Part shown: piece after piece, positions 50,896 through 61,078 of the stretch | Layout of the letters: each line of letters begins with the position of its first letter | Numbering within the stretch: the stretch's first letter is position 1 | Source: Pirellulales bacterium | GTDB lineage: Bacteria > Planctomycetota > Planctomycetia > Pirellulales > PALSA-1355 | Direction: 5' to 3' | DNA length: 64,000 nt | Assembly (NCBI GenBank): GCA_963733035.1 | Contig: CAVTBU010000008.1 | Coordinates: 32,001-96,000 of the forward strand | Translations under genes and position numbers: made by a program | The notes under the pieces: generated by a model | The model's input: only the letters and a program-made list of their open reading frames with translations | Told to the model about the DNA's origin: nothing | The model's database searches: none

Positions 50896-51346
50896 CGCCG
50901 CGTTGCATCCAGACGGCGTCTGTGGGCAGCGCCCACGGGTCGACCGCTTCGCCGTCGGTGTCGAGTCCTAACCGTCGAATCGCCTTGTCGCGGGCATCGC
51001 ACGCCGCGGCCATCGTCGCCCAAAGGGCTTGCTGATCTGCCAGCGATGCATCCTTTCCCCTGTCTCGAAACGCTCGGGCGGCGTACAAGTAGCGCAACTC
51101 TGCACGCGTAGCCCCGTTGATAACTACTGCATGGGATGCGCCCACATGGCCGTGCAACTCGCAAACGGCATCTTCGAGCCCCCGTCGAAAGCGATTGACG
51201 GCCCCACGGACCCCCGGCATCCACTTGGGAACACCGCCGATCGTGAGGGCCGAGCGTAGACCGTGCAACATTCGATTGACGTTGCCCCGCGGTGCACCGC
51301 TGCGGTTCGGCTTGGAAGGCTCGTTTGGCAGTACGTTGGCAGTCAC
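50792..51346 (-). CDS. Terminase small subunit-like protein
   Basis: GAPRGNVNRMLHGLRS motif; helical body ending IRRLGL; directly upstream of terL. Confidence 0.6.
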   Translation of the reverse strand: MTANVLPNEPSKPNRSGAPRGNVNRMLHGLRSALTIGGVPKWMPGVRGAVNRFRRGLEDAVCELHGHVGASHAVVINGATRAELRYLYAARAFRDRGKDASLADQQALWATMAAACDARDKAIRRLGLDTDGEAVDPWALPTDAVWMQRGDGLHESSTSDGKQPGGQQIGPSGNSQSPETHQPN

Positions 51347-51396
51347 GTTTCACTAACCCTTTGCTAGTAGTAACTTACGGGGAGGCACAATCTACG

Positions 51397-51666
51397 CTAT
51401 GTCGTGCCGGCGCTCGCCCCTCCGCATCGGCAGCTTTCCTTGAGCCGTTCCAGATCCGCAGGGTCGATCCGCCTCGCAGATCCGAACCGGTAATAGGCCA
51501 ACTCGCCCCGGTCCATCAACTGGTACAGTGTCGTGCGCCCAAGTCCCAACAGGCTGGCAGCCTCTTTGACGGTCAGCAGCCGCTCGGATTGAACGTGCCG
51601 CGCCGTCAACTCGGGCAGCCCTGGATGGGGTTTGCAGGTGTCCCTGCGTGTGTGTGTGCTGCTCAT
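51397..51666 (-). CDS. Excisionase-like HTH protein
   Basis: LLTVKEAASLLGLGRTTLYQLMDRGEL...RRI. Confidence 0.88.
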   Translation of the reverse strand: MSSTHTRRDTCKPHPGLPELTARHVQSERLLTVKEAASLLGLGRTTLYQLMDRGELAYYRFGSARRIDPADLERLKESCRCGGASAGTT

Positions 51667-51690
51667 TTCCTGCCCCGCAATTTCGTCAGT

Positions 51691-51844
51691 GCATCGGTGC
51701 GGTCGATCTTGTATCGTTGCGACCTCTTTTCAAACGCATCGGTACGTACGGTACGGGGCCTCTTATAAGGCCCCCGTACTGTACCGATGCGACTGCACCC
51801 GTACGGCTGTGTACCGTTGCGGTGTACCGTTGCGTACCGATGCG
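51691..51844. repeat. Iteron-like array, putative replication origin
   Basis: GTACCG(A/T)TGCG at 51781, 51811, 51824 and 51834; inverted copy at 51735-51745; central GGGGCC-TCTTATAA-GGCCCC. Confidence 0.7.
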
Positions 51845-51845
51845 G

Positions 51846-53393
51846 TTAATTTTCATCGTCCACGACCCTGTAACCTTCGTAGCGGCGGCTGTTGGCCTTC
51901 GCGATTTCACACGGCTCCAGGTGGCCGGCGTCAAGCGCGGCGGCGAGCGCGGCGTCAAACGCTTGACCGTTGCGGCCGGTACGGGCGCGAATGTCTGTTT
52001 TGGTGCCTTGGTGGCCCGGCAGCTTGTGGCAGGCTTCGACAACCAGTTGCACGTCGCGCTCGAGCCCCTCGGCGCGCTTCTGGTCGGCCCGCTGTTCTTT
52101 GGCGGCCTCGGCCATGTCCGCGATGGCTGACGGCTCGAGGACCAATACGTGCCAGGTGCGGTTGCTGCCGGTGCCTTCGCAGATCTGCAAGCCGTGTAAG
52201 CCGCTGTGGCCAGCGCTGCCGCCGGTGACCATCCACAAGTGGTGCTCGCCGGTACCGGGCTCGTAGTCGCGTCTGCGGCTCAAGAGAAGCCATTGCCGGG
52301 CCCATTCGCTGGTACCGCTCCAAGAGACTTGCGTTAGCTCGGGCGGTGCGTGACGATTGTCGATGCCGCTTTTGCGAATGTGGTGGACCACGACCAGCGT
52401 GATGCCGATCTCTTCGCACATGCCTGACAGTTGACGTAGCTGCCGGCCGACTGCCATGAGGTTGCCGGCGTCGGCTGCGGCCAGCATGAAATACAGTGGG
52501 TCCACGATGGCAATTTCGATTCGTTCGCGCACCAGTGCACGGCGCAGGGCGGCCAGTTCGTCGGCGGCGTCGAGCCTGGGCACGACTGTGGTCCAAAACA
52601 AATTGCCAAGCTGGGCCAGCGTGGTGCCTTGGGCTGACGCGATGCGTTCCCCTGTTTCCCGCAGCGTCGAGCCGCCGCTTTCAGCGTTTGCGATCAGCAC
52701 GCGATAGGGTCGGGCGACTGAAAACCGGCCGAGAAACGGCTCGCCGCTGGCCAGGGCGATGCCCATCGCGACGCAGATCGTGCTTTTCATGCCCTTCAAC
52801 TGGGCTGCCACAACCATGGGCTGCCGTTCGGCCAGGATGCCTTCGATTGCGTACGTCGCTACATCATTTGTCGCGGCGAACGCAGGGCTGGGTGTCACGT
52901 CGATGCGAAACCCTTGGCTGTCGGCGGCGATGCCGTCCAGGTTGTCGCGGTGGTGGGCGTATGCTTCAGCGAATGGCTTCACTCGCAGATCTCGCAGAAA
53001 CGCCACGCCACTAAGATATCCCTCGCGTTTTGCTCGACAGTCGCGTGCCACGCGCAAGTAGTACGACGTGTTCGACGGCAGCGCATCGCCTGTGATGATC
53101 TCCGCCAGTTTCGCGGCGCCGCCGACGGCTTTGAGTCGGTCGGTGCGGGTCAATTCGCGGTGCAGGTTCGTCAGGTCAACGGGCTGCAGGTTCTCGCGTA
53201 GGGCCGCCATCGCCCCGAAGATTTCCGCATGCGGTTCGTGGTGAAAATCGGCGGCTTCGATTTGATGCTCGTCGATCACCCTAGGCAGCAGTAGACATGA
53301 TCGCAAGAGCATCTGCTCGCAGTGCTCGTCGCTGGGCATGCCCGCATCGAGAATCTCGCCATTTGTCCGGGCGCCGGCGCCGTTTTGCTTCAT
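51846..53393 (-). CDS. Replication helicase: DnaB N-terminal domain fused to AAA_25 (RepA-like) ATPase
   Basis: EQMLL...DF...HAEIF...PVD...VGG N-domain; AQLKGMKS, IVDPLY and VVHHIRK motifs. Confidence 0.85.
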   Translation of the reverse strand: MKQNGAGARTNGEILDAGMPSDEHCEQMLLRSCLLLPRVIDEHQIEAADFHHEPHAEIFGAMAALRENLQPVDLTNLHRELTRTDRLKAVGGAAKLAEIITGDALPSNTSYYLRVARDCRAKREGYLSGVAFLRDLRVKPFAEAYAHHRDNLDGIAADSQGFRIDVTPSPAFAATNDVATYAIEGILAERQPMVVAAQLKGMKSTICVAMGIALASGEPFLGRFSVARPYRVLIANAESGGSTLRETGERIASAQGTTLAQLGNLFWTTVVPRLDAADELAALRRALVRERIEIAIVDPLYFMLAAADAGNLMAVGRQLRQLSGMCEEIGITLVVVHHIRKSGIDNRHAPPELTQVSWSGTSEWARQWLLLSRRRDYEPGTGEHHLWMVTGGSAGHSGLHGLQICEGTGSNRTWHVLVLEPSAIADMAEAAKEQRADQKRAEGLERDVQLVVEACHKLPGHQGTKTDIRARTGRNGQAFDAALAAALDAGHLEPCEIAKANSRRYEGYRVVDDEN

Positions 53394-53590
53394 GGCTGGG
53401 AATCCTTTCCGTCAGCTGTCGTCAATCCGACAAGGCGACAGCCGCACGTTCGCAAGAGCACTTTCGCAGCATGACGCAGCGAACGAAGCCGTTCGGACGG
53501 TGTGTCACCTCGAACGGCGAGCGTCGCCTCGAACCGCTCGGCCAGCGGGCGGCGCTCGACTTTCATCTGATGGCTGGGTAGGCTGTTCAT
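53390..53590 (-). CDS. Small hypothetical protein
   Basis: 4-bp overlap with the helicase start; RLRSLRHAAKVLLRTCGCR. Confidence 0.6.
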   Translation of the reverse strand: MNSLPSHQMKVERRPLAERFEATLAVRGDTPSERLRSLRHAAKVLLRTCGCRLVGLTTADGKDSQP

Positions 53591-53644
53591 GTTCGATCCA
53601 TCGGCGGCCGGTTTCCTTTTGCCAGCGGGGGCCGGCCGCTATTT

Positions 53645-53830
53645 TTAGCTTTTCCGTGCCGGCCGACGATTGGTGGCTGCCGACGTGAACCTTACAGTCA
53701 CGCCGAGCCTACGCAGGTTTCTCACGGCGTCGGCTGCCACTTCAAAATCACCCCTCGACCTTGCTGCCTCCAGCACTGCAAACCAAGCGGTTGGCGAATC
53801 TGTCGGGTCGTCTTTTTCGTGCCGCGCCAT
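53645..53830 (-). CDS. Small hypothetical protein
   Basis: AAGGAG RBS; SPTAWFAVLE...LRRLGVTVRF. Confidence 0.65.
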   Translation of the reverse strand: MARHEKDDPTDSPTAWFAVLEAARSRGDFEVAADAVRNLRRLGVTVRFTSAATNRRPARKS

Positions 53831-53883
53831 CGCGATTTTCTCCTTCTAGATAATCACCACTGGATTAGCCGGCTAATGCCAAT

Positions 53884-53918
53884 GGGAAAACAAGAAACCC
53901 GCGAAAACACGCGGGTTT
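53884..53918 (-). terminator. Putative intrinsic terminator
   Basis: AAACCCGCG-N6-CGCGGGTTT hairpin followed on the minus strand by CTTGTTTTCCC. Confidence 0.5.
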
Positions 53919-53953
53919 GAGTAGAAAAAGAATATTCAGCGTTAGCCGACCGG

Positions 53954-54661
53954 CTAGTCCGCCGGAGCGACGGCCTCAAGGGTGCCGTCGCTGGACTTCA
54001 TACCACGTGGAATATTGGCGTTCATTGCCGCGCGTGCAATCAGATACCGCCGCCATGTCTTTTTGTACATGGTTGTGCGACAGACTTGGGCTTCATCCAT
54101 GATTTTGGCGTCAGACCAATCGGGATGTGCCGCAAGCAGCCCTAACGCCGTCGCTAGTTTTGTCATTCCCGATCGCCCAGCGGTTCGCTGTTCGCTGTCT
54201 GGCGACAGCCTCTTACGCATCCAGTCGAGTAGATCCTTCGCGGCGCGCTCGAGGTCTGGCAGTCGCGCCAGTCGTCGGCCGGACATGAGCCGAAGATCTG
54301 GAGGGCCGATAGTTGGGCACTTGGCCGTCGTGAGGCGGGGAAAATCACGCTGCCTCAAGTATTCGAGAACACGGTACGCGTTGCGTAGTTGTAACGCTGC
54401 GAACTCACTGGCGGTGTTTGGACGGTATTTTTCCGCGTTATCCCGAAACCCAACAATCATTGCGACCATCGTCTCAAACCAGGCTAGAACATCCTCCAGG
54501 GTATCGAGTGGCATGTCGTACCACCGTCCTTCCCAGCCGACAAGAAAGCGCGTAGCCGAGGGCGCATCGGCTAACGTCAGAATCGGCTGCGTCTTCGCCT
54601 CTGGCGACTTTCGGGTCCGTTTCTTCTTGCTGGTGGCGCGGCCATTCTTGTCCTTGGCCAT
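53954..54661 (-). CDS. Hypothetical protein with C-terminal HTH-like segment
   Basis: GGAGG RBS before ATG 54661; WSDAKIMDEAQVCRTTMYK. Confidence 0.65.
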   Translation of the reverse strand: MAKDKNGRATSKKKRTRKSPEAKTQPILTLADAPSATRFLVGWEGRWYDMPLDTLEDVLAWFETMVAMIVGFRDNAEKYRPNTASEFAALQLRNAYRVLEYLRQRDFPRLTTAKCPTIGPPDLRLMSGRRLARLPDLERAAKDLLDWMRKRLSPDSEQRTAGRSGMTKLATALGLLAAHPDWSDAKIMDEAQVCRTTMYKKTWRRYLIARAAMNANIPRGMKSSDGTLEAVAPAD

Positions 54662-54931
54662 GAGAACCTCCATCTGTCGCGGGCGAGCGCCGGGCCGAAG
54701 GCCACCAGATGGAGAGAGTGGCCACTCGGCCGGGCGCTCGTCGGGGATCAATCCGACGACCCGCAGTAACTTAGTCCGCCAGATTCTACCAACCCGGATC
54801 TGTTTTGACTGCCAATATACTGCCAAACCCACGCATGCACCGGAAATCCGCGGACACGTGCGGACGACGCAAGACATTGATCTGACAAGCTTTGAACAAC
54901 TGCGAACAATCGCGAACAACGCTCCAACGCA

Positions 54932-54987
54932 ACTGGAAATGTCGTGCCGGGTAACCGGTTGCGGGTTCGAGTCCCGTGCCCTCCGCT
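54932..54987 (+). repeat. Right att core (duplicated tRNA-Ser 3' part)
   Basis: 56/56 identity to 38202-38257. Confidence 0.95.
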
Positions 54988-55436
54988 TCGGGGAAGCGAA
55001 AGTCTATTCTGCCAGTGACTTTTACTCGCTTGAGGGGGCAAATCGCCGTGCCAATGCGACACGATAAATCTTGACCCCAGCGGGCGTTCCGACTACTGTA
55101 ACGTCGTGTAGTACTTTGATCCCGCCGCGTGGCCAAACGTCATTTGGCCCAATCACCCCCCCGGGCGGGCAGCGTCGTCAACGAGCAAGGACCCGCTCTG
55201 AAGCGGCAAGACCATCGGCTGCCTGGCGCCCAGCGGTTGGCGTCGAGCAGCATGTTCTCCATCACGACAGCGTCTGTTAAATCCGTTGGATCGAGTACAA
55301 CCCCCACCAGGTTGGCAGACCGCGCACGGTTCGGGGCTCCTTTCCGCGGCGTGAACATTGCAAGCCAATTACGAGTCTTCGGTGGCGTGGCCATTACCGG
55401 CGTACGCCGGCCCTTTTCCCGCACGACCGCATGCCC

Positions 55437-56851
55437 ATGAAACAAGACGCCGCTACCGCACCGCGCCAGGAATCCACAGCCGATCAGCGCGGGTCCTTGC
55501 CGGTGGAGTTCGTTCGCGTGACGGCTCCAATTGCCATTGTCGTGGGCGGGTTCGTAGCGTTCTTCGGACTAGCCCGTCTGAAGCAGGACCCCGCGCGGCG
55601 CGAGAGCAGGCCTTGGCACCGATGGTCGAAACCATCGAAGTGGCACCACATCGAGGTGGGCTCGACATCTCCGTCGATGGCGTCGTCGTGCCGTTTCGCG
55701 AAATCGACCTGTCGGCGGAAGTTTCCGGCCGCATCGCCAAGAAATCAGACCTGTGCCGAGCCGGTACCTACGTGACTCGTGGCACGCCGCTCATCGCGAT
55801 CGACTCGCGCGATTACCAACTTGAGGTCGATCGGCTGGAGCGAGAGCTGTCCCAAGCGGCGGTGTCGCTCCAAGAGCTCGACGTCGAATACTCGAACAAC
55901 CAGTCACTTCTGAAACTCGCCAAGGACCAATTGGCTCTGCAGAGGCGAGAACTCGAACGGCAAAGGTCTCTGGCTACGAAGAAGATTGTCACCGACTCCG
56001 ATCTCGACAAAACCAAGCGTGACGAGTTGGCGGCGGTCAACGCGGCAATGACGCTTTCCAATGAGCTGCAATTGCTCACGACGCGTCGCAATCGATTGGA
56101 AAACGCGCGCGACTTGTGGCGATCGCAACTCGAACGGGCCCAGCTCGACCTGCAGCGGACCAAGGTCGCCGCTCCGATCGACGGGGTGATCATTCGCGAA
56201 ATGGTCGAGGAAGACTCCTACGTACAAAAGGGCACCTCGTTGGCGAAGATCGAGGACACGTCCGCCGTCGAAGTAAAGTGCAATTTGCGCATGGAGGACC
56301 TGTATTGGCTGTGGTCTCAGGGACGTGGCGATGATCACGCCCAAGCGGCCGCAAGCGCGACACGTGACTACCAGATTCCGCAGGCCCCGGTCACCGTGTA
56401 CTACGAATTGGGTGGCCACCGCTATGAGTGGGGAGGCATCTTGTCGCGCTTCGACGGCATTGGCGTTGACGAGCGTACTCGTACCGTGCCGTGCCGCGTG
56501 CTGGTTGCCGAGCCTCGCAAAGTAACGATTAAGGATGTCGGCGACGGCGATGCCGGCGCGGTCGGCCCACCGGCTCTGGTTCGCGGAATGTTCGTCACCG
56601 TCGACGTCCACGCGCAGCCCTCGACCGTGCTGCTGGAGATTCCGCAGCGAGCGGTCCAGCCGGGCAACACGGTTTGGCAGGTCGTAGGCGGCACACTGCG
56701 TATCCGCAAAGTGCGCGTCGCCGACGCCGAGGGGGATCTGGTTCTGATATACACCGATCCGTCCGGGCTCCAGCCGGGCATGAAACTGGTCAGTTCGCCA
56801 TTGGCGATGGCCACCGACGGCATGGCGGTGCGGGAGCAGACGCCACAATGA
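55437..56851 (+). CDS. RND efflux periplasmic adaptor subunit, apparent frameshift near 55605
   Basis: Transmembrane anchor in one frame; SAEVSGRI, APIDGVI and RTRT in the next. Confidence 0.85.
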
Positions 56852-59800
56852 AATCGCTCGTCCAGTGGGCCGTTCGCAACACGCCCGCCATGAACACGCT
56901 CATGATCGCGTTCATGGTCGTCGGCGCATTCAGTCTCTACAAAATGCGCCGCGAGGTATTTCCCGAGTTTGATCTCGAGATCATCTTGGTCACGGTGCCC
57001 TATCCCGGTGCCAGCCCGGACGAAGTGGAAGAGGGCATCTGCCAAAAGATCGAGGAGGCGGTTCGCTCCATCGAGGGCATCAAATACCAGACCTCGATTG
57101 CTCAGGAGGGCGCCGGACATGTCGTCCTGGAGCTTGAAGCCGACGTGAAGGACGTGCAAAAGATCCTCAACGAGGTCCGCTCCGAGGTCGACCGCATTCC
57201 CAGCTTTCCGGAACTTGCCGAGGAGCGGGAAGTCAAGCAAATCACGATGCGCGAGCCGGTCATTCAGGTCGGCATCATCGGCCCGGACAGAAAGGACATG
57301 GCCGCCGAACTCCATCTGCGCGATGTCGCCGAGCAAGTACGAGAGGATTTGTTGCAGCAGCCGGCTGTCTCGCAAGCCACGATCATTGGAGCCCGCGAAT
57401 ACCAAATCGACGTTGAAATACCGGAAGAAACGCTGCGCAAGTACGGGCTGTCACTGACGCGAGTGGCCGACATTATCCGCCGCGAGAACGTTGAAATCCC
57501 AGGCGGTACGATGCGCACCGATGCGCAAGAAGTGTTACTGCGCGGCAAGAACAAACGCAGCATCGGCGAGGAACTGCTTGAAATCCCACTCGTGACCGCG
57601 CCGGGCGGCGTCGTGCTCCGTGTGGGTGATCTCGGAACCGTTCGCGATGAGTTCGACGATACGATCACCTCGATTAGTCGCATTAACGGACAACCCGGAC
57701 TTGTCATCTCCGTCGAGCGCACGACGAGCGAAGACCTGCTGGCCATGGTCGACGATGTAAGGCGCTACGTATCCGCGAAGACGCTGCCCCCGGGCTACAA
57801 ATTGGCGGTGTGGGGCGACCAGTCGATCGAAGTCTCCGACCGCCTGAATATGCTGGCTAAAAACGGCATTCAGGGACTGATCCTCGTGTTCGTGCTGCTA
57901 GCGATTTTTCTCGACTTGCGATTGGCATTCTGGGTTGCTTTGGGCATTCCCGTAGCCATTCTTGGCACGTGCGCCGTTTTATATTTTGGCGGTCATACGC
58001 TAAACATGCTCACCAGTTTTGCGTTCCTGATGGTCCTTGGCATTCTGGTAGACGACGCGATCGTGGTCGGCGAAAATATCTACGCTCACCGGCAGCGCGG
58101 CAAGGGATTCTTGCAGGCGGCCGTTGAAGGCGCAGAGGAAGTGCTGCCCAGCGTTGCCGCATCGGTGGTTACCACCGTCATCGCCTTTATGCCGCTGCTG
58201 TATGTGGCCGGCGTGATGGGCAAGTTTCTGGGCGTGATGCCCGTGGCGGTGATCGCGGCACTGCTGATTTCGCTCACCGAGGCGACTTTCGTGCTGCCAT
58301 GCCACTTGAGTCATGCCCCTCCGGCCGAGGACTTTCTTACACGTTGTCGCCGCTGGCGACGCACGATGTCGGCTCCCTTGCAATTGACGTTGGGCAATGC
58401 CCTGGTGCTGTTTGCCTTTGTCATGACCCAGTTTTTTTATCCGCTGCGGCGGCTTGGCGACTTGTTTCACTGGCTGAACGTGAGGTCGTCTCGAGTGCTC
58501 GACGGGTTCATCAATCGGATCTATCGTCCTTCGTTGCGGTGGGCGATCGACCATAGCGCCATCACACTTTCCGCCTGCTTTGCACTGTTGTGCTTATCGT
58601 TGGGACTCGTCGCTTCCGGGCATCCACCCTTTAACGTCTTTCCCCGCCTTGACAGCAAGCAGATTACTTCCAGCATCGTCTATCCTGACGGCACACCCGC
58701 CACGGTCACCGACGCCGCGACGGCCCAGATCGAAAAGGCGATCCTCGAGCTCGGTGAAAAGTACAAGGCCCACGACGGTTCGTCCGTCGTTCGCTACGTG
58801 CACAAGAAGGTTGGAGAAGTGACCACGATGGGTTCGCGGCCCCGACACGCGCACCAACGGCAGCCATGTCGGCGGCGTCGATGTCGAACTGGCCGATAGC
58901 AGAGAACGAGACGTGCGGAGCGATACCATCATCGCCGAGTGGCGAAAGCTCGCGGGCGATTTCCCAGGAGCCGAAAGCGTTACCTATGGTACACCCAACT
59001 TTGGGCCCGGTGGTCGCCCCATTGAGTTCAAGCTGTTGGCCGACGCGGAAGACATGACAAAATTGGAAGCCGCGATCGAGGAAACCAAGGCCAAGTTGGC
59101 CGAATACGGCGGTGTGTTTGATATCTCCGATGACTCACGTCCCGGAAAGTGGGAGTTTCAGCTCCGTGTTAAGCCCAGCGCCATGTCGATGGGGGTTCCT
59201 CTGGCTGATTTGGCCGAAACGGTTCGCGCTTCCTATTACGGCGAAGAAGTCATGCGATTGCAGCGCGGTCGACATGAAGTCAAGCTGATGGTTCGCTATC
59301 CGCGGGAAGACCGTCGCTCCTTGGCCGATTTCGAGGAAATCCGGGTCCGCACTTTCGACGGCGCCGAGCGGCCCATTACCGAGTTGACCGACGTGAACGT
59401 GGCCCGCGGATTCTCGGAAATCAACCGCATCGAGCAGCGACGCTCGATCACCATTACTGCCGACGTCGACGAAACCACCGGCAACGCGTACAGCATCGTC
59501 AGCGACCTGCGCTCCAGCTTCATGCCAGACTTGCTCAAACGCTATCCGGGAGTGGGCGTTTTGTGGCAGGGCCAACAGGAGCGCACCACCGAGTCCATTG
59601 ACAGTTTGCTGATTGGGCTGCTCATCGCGCTGATCGCGATGTTCGTGCTCCTCACGGTCGAATTCCGGTCGTATCTGCAGCCGCTGATGATCATGGCGAT
59701 CATTCCGTTCGGCATCATCGGCGCCATCTGGGGACATTTCCTGCAGGGCATGGAAATGACGATGTTCAGCTTGTTTGGCCTTGTGGCCCTGACAGGCGTC

Positions 59801-60274
59801 GTCGTGAATGACTCGATCGTGCTGATCGATTTCATCAATCATCGCGTTCGTGACGGGCTGGCGATCAAAGACGCGCTGGTCGACGCCGGCGCTCAGCGCT
59901 TCCGGCCCGTCATGTTGACCAGCGTCACGACGGTCGCCGGACTATTGCCAATTCTGCTCGAACGGTCGTTCCAGGCTCAGATTGTGATTCCGATGGCAAC
60001 CAGCCTTTGCTTTGGCTTGATCATGGCGACCGGCTTGGTGCTGTTCTTGATTCCGGCGCTATACTACATCTATGCTCTGATGAGTGGGGGTGGGGCGCAC
60101 GCGCCCAAGAACGACGAGCACCCGGCCCCCCAAGGCGGTCCGACCGAAGCTTGGACGGCCGACGATCCTGAGCTTTCGCACGGCGACCATGAGCGCCCAC
60201 TGGCTGAAAGTGAGTTGTTGGGTCCGCACCGGCGGCCGCGGGCCGACCATGTTGGGTCCGTTTCTCACGACTGA
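56848..60274 (+). CDS. RND efflux permease (AcrB family), apparent frameshift near 58837
   Basis: YPGASPDEVE and GILVDDAIVVGEN; second frame has GVVVNDSIVL and RFRPVMLTS. Confidence 0.9.
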
Positions 60275-60307
60275 ACGCCTGCCTCGTACGCCCTGGGTCG
60301 GAGTCGC

Positions 60308-60915
60308 ATGGATGACTCACAACTAGTTGACCGCATCAAGACGCACGATGTTTCGGCACTCGCCGAATATCTGCGCTCGGTTCGCAAGCCGCTGTTCGCG
60401 TACATCGAACGACATCTCGGCGCCGGCTTGCGGCGCAAGATTGAATCGGAGGACGTCTTTCAAGAGGTGAGTGTCGAGGCCGTGCGGGCGCTGCCCGAGA
60501 CTGACTTCAATCATCGCGAGCCGTTTTCCTGGTTGTGTCAGATTGCCGAGCACCGCATTGTCGATGCGCACCGCCGTTTCTACGGTGCTCAAAAACGGGA
60601 TGCCGGCCGCGAAGTTGCGCTAGCGCACCCGGCGGCGACGGCCGGCACGCGGCCATCGTCGACCTGCTCGTGGCCTCGATGACGACTCCCACGCAGGCAC
60701 TCTCGCGGAAAGGGCGAGAATCTCGGCTGTTTGAAGCCCTGGCCAGCTTGCCCAGCGAGCAACGCGATGCATTGCGGCTGAGGTATATCGAGGGGCTGCC
60801 CAGCAAGGAAATTGCCGCACGTCTTGGAAAGAGTGACGGTGCGGTCCGCGTCATGTTGACCCGCAGCCTCGATCGCCTGCAGAAAGTCCTGGGTCCTGAG
60901 AATGCCCCCCGATGA
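60308..60915 (+). CDS. ECF sigma factor, apparent frameshift near 60622
   Basis: EDVFQE and SWLCQIA in frame 1; TTPTQA and region-4 HTH (SKEIAARLG) in frame 2. Confidence 0.85.
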
Positions 60916-61078
60916 TCGGCGCAAGTAGTCTCCTGCCAACCGCTTCTGATGACGCAGCAGCTGCCGCGACGATTTTTTTGCAGCCCTGTAACATTTCGGC
61001 CGCGCGCACGCTTGGCTGAGGTAGAGGGGACGAAAGCTCTCCGAAACAGACCTCAGACACTGAAAGCGAGCGTGCATC

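Larger units (their letters stand above)
38202..54987. mobile_element. tRNA-Ser-integrated phage-satellite-like element (predicted circle 16,730 bp)
   Basis: att direct repeats, integrase, excisionase, helicase plus iterons, terminase genes. Confidence 0.9.

Noticed and set aside
51691..51844. CRISPR array
   Set aside because: Repeats are 11 bp, irregularly spaced, in both orientations and without unique spacers; no cas genes are in the window.
54932..54987. Second tRNA-Ser gene
   Set aside because: Only the part from the anticodon loop to the 3' end is present; the 5' acceptor strand and D arm are missing, so it is the att duplication.
38202..54987. Complete prophage or ICE
   Set aside because: No recognisable capsid, portal, tail, lysis, relaxase or type IV secretion genes between the att sites.
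53982..55067. 361-aa plus-strand ORF
   Set aside because: Antisense to an RBS-supported minus-strand gene, runs across the att site, and has the Arg/Ser-rich composition of a shadow ORF.
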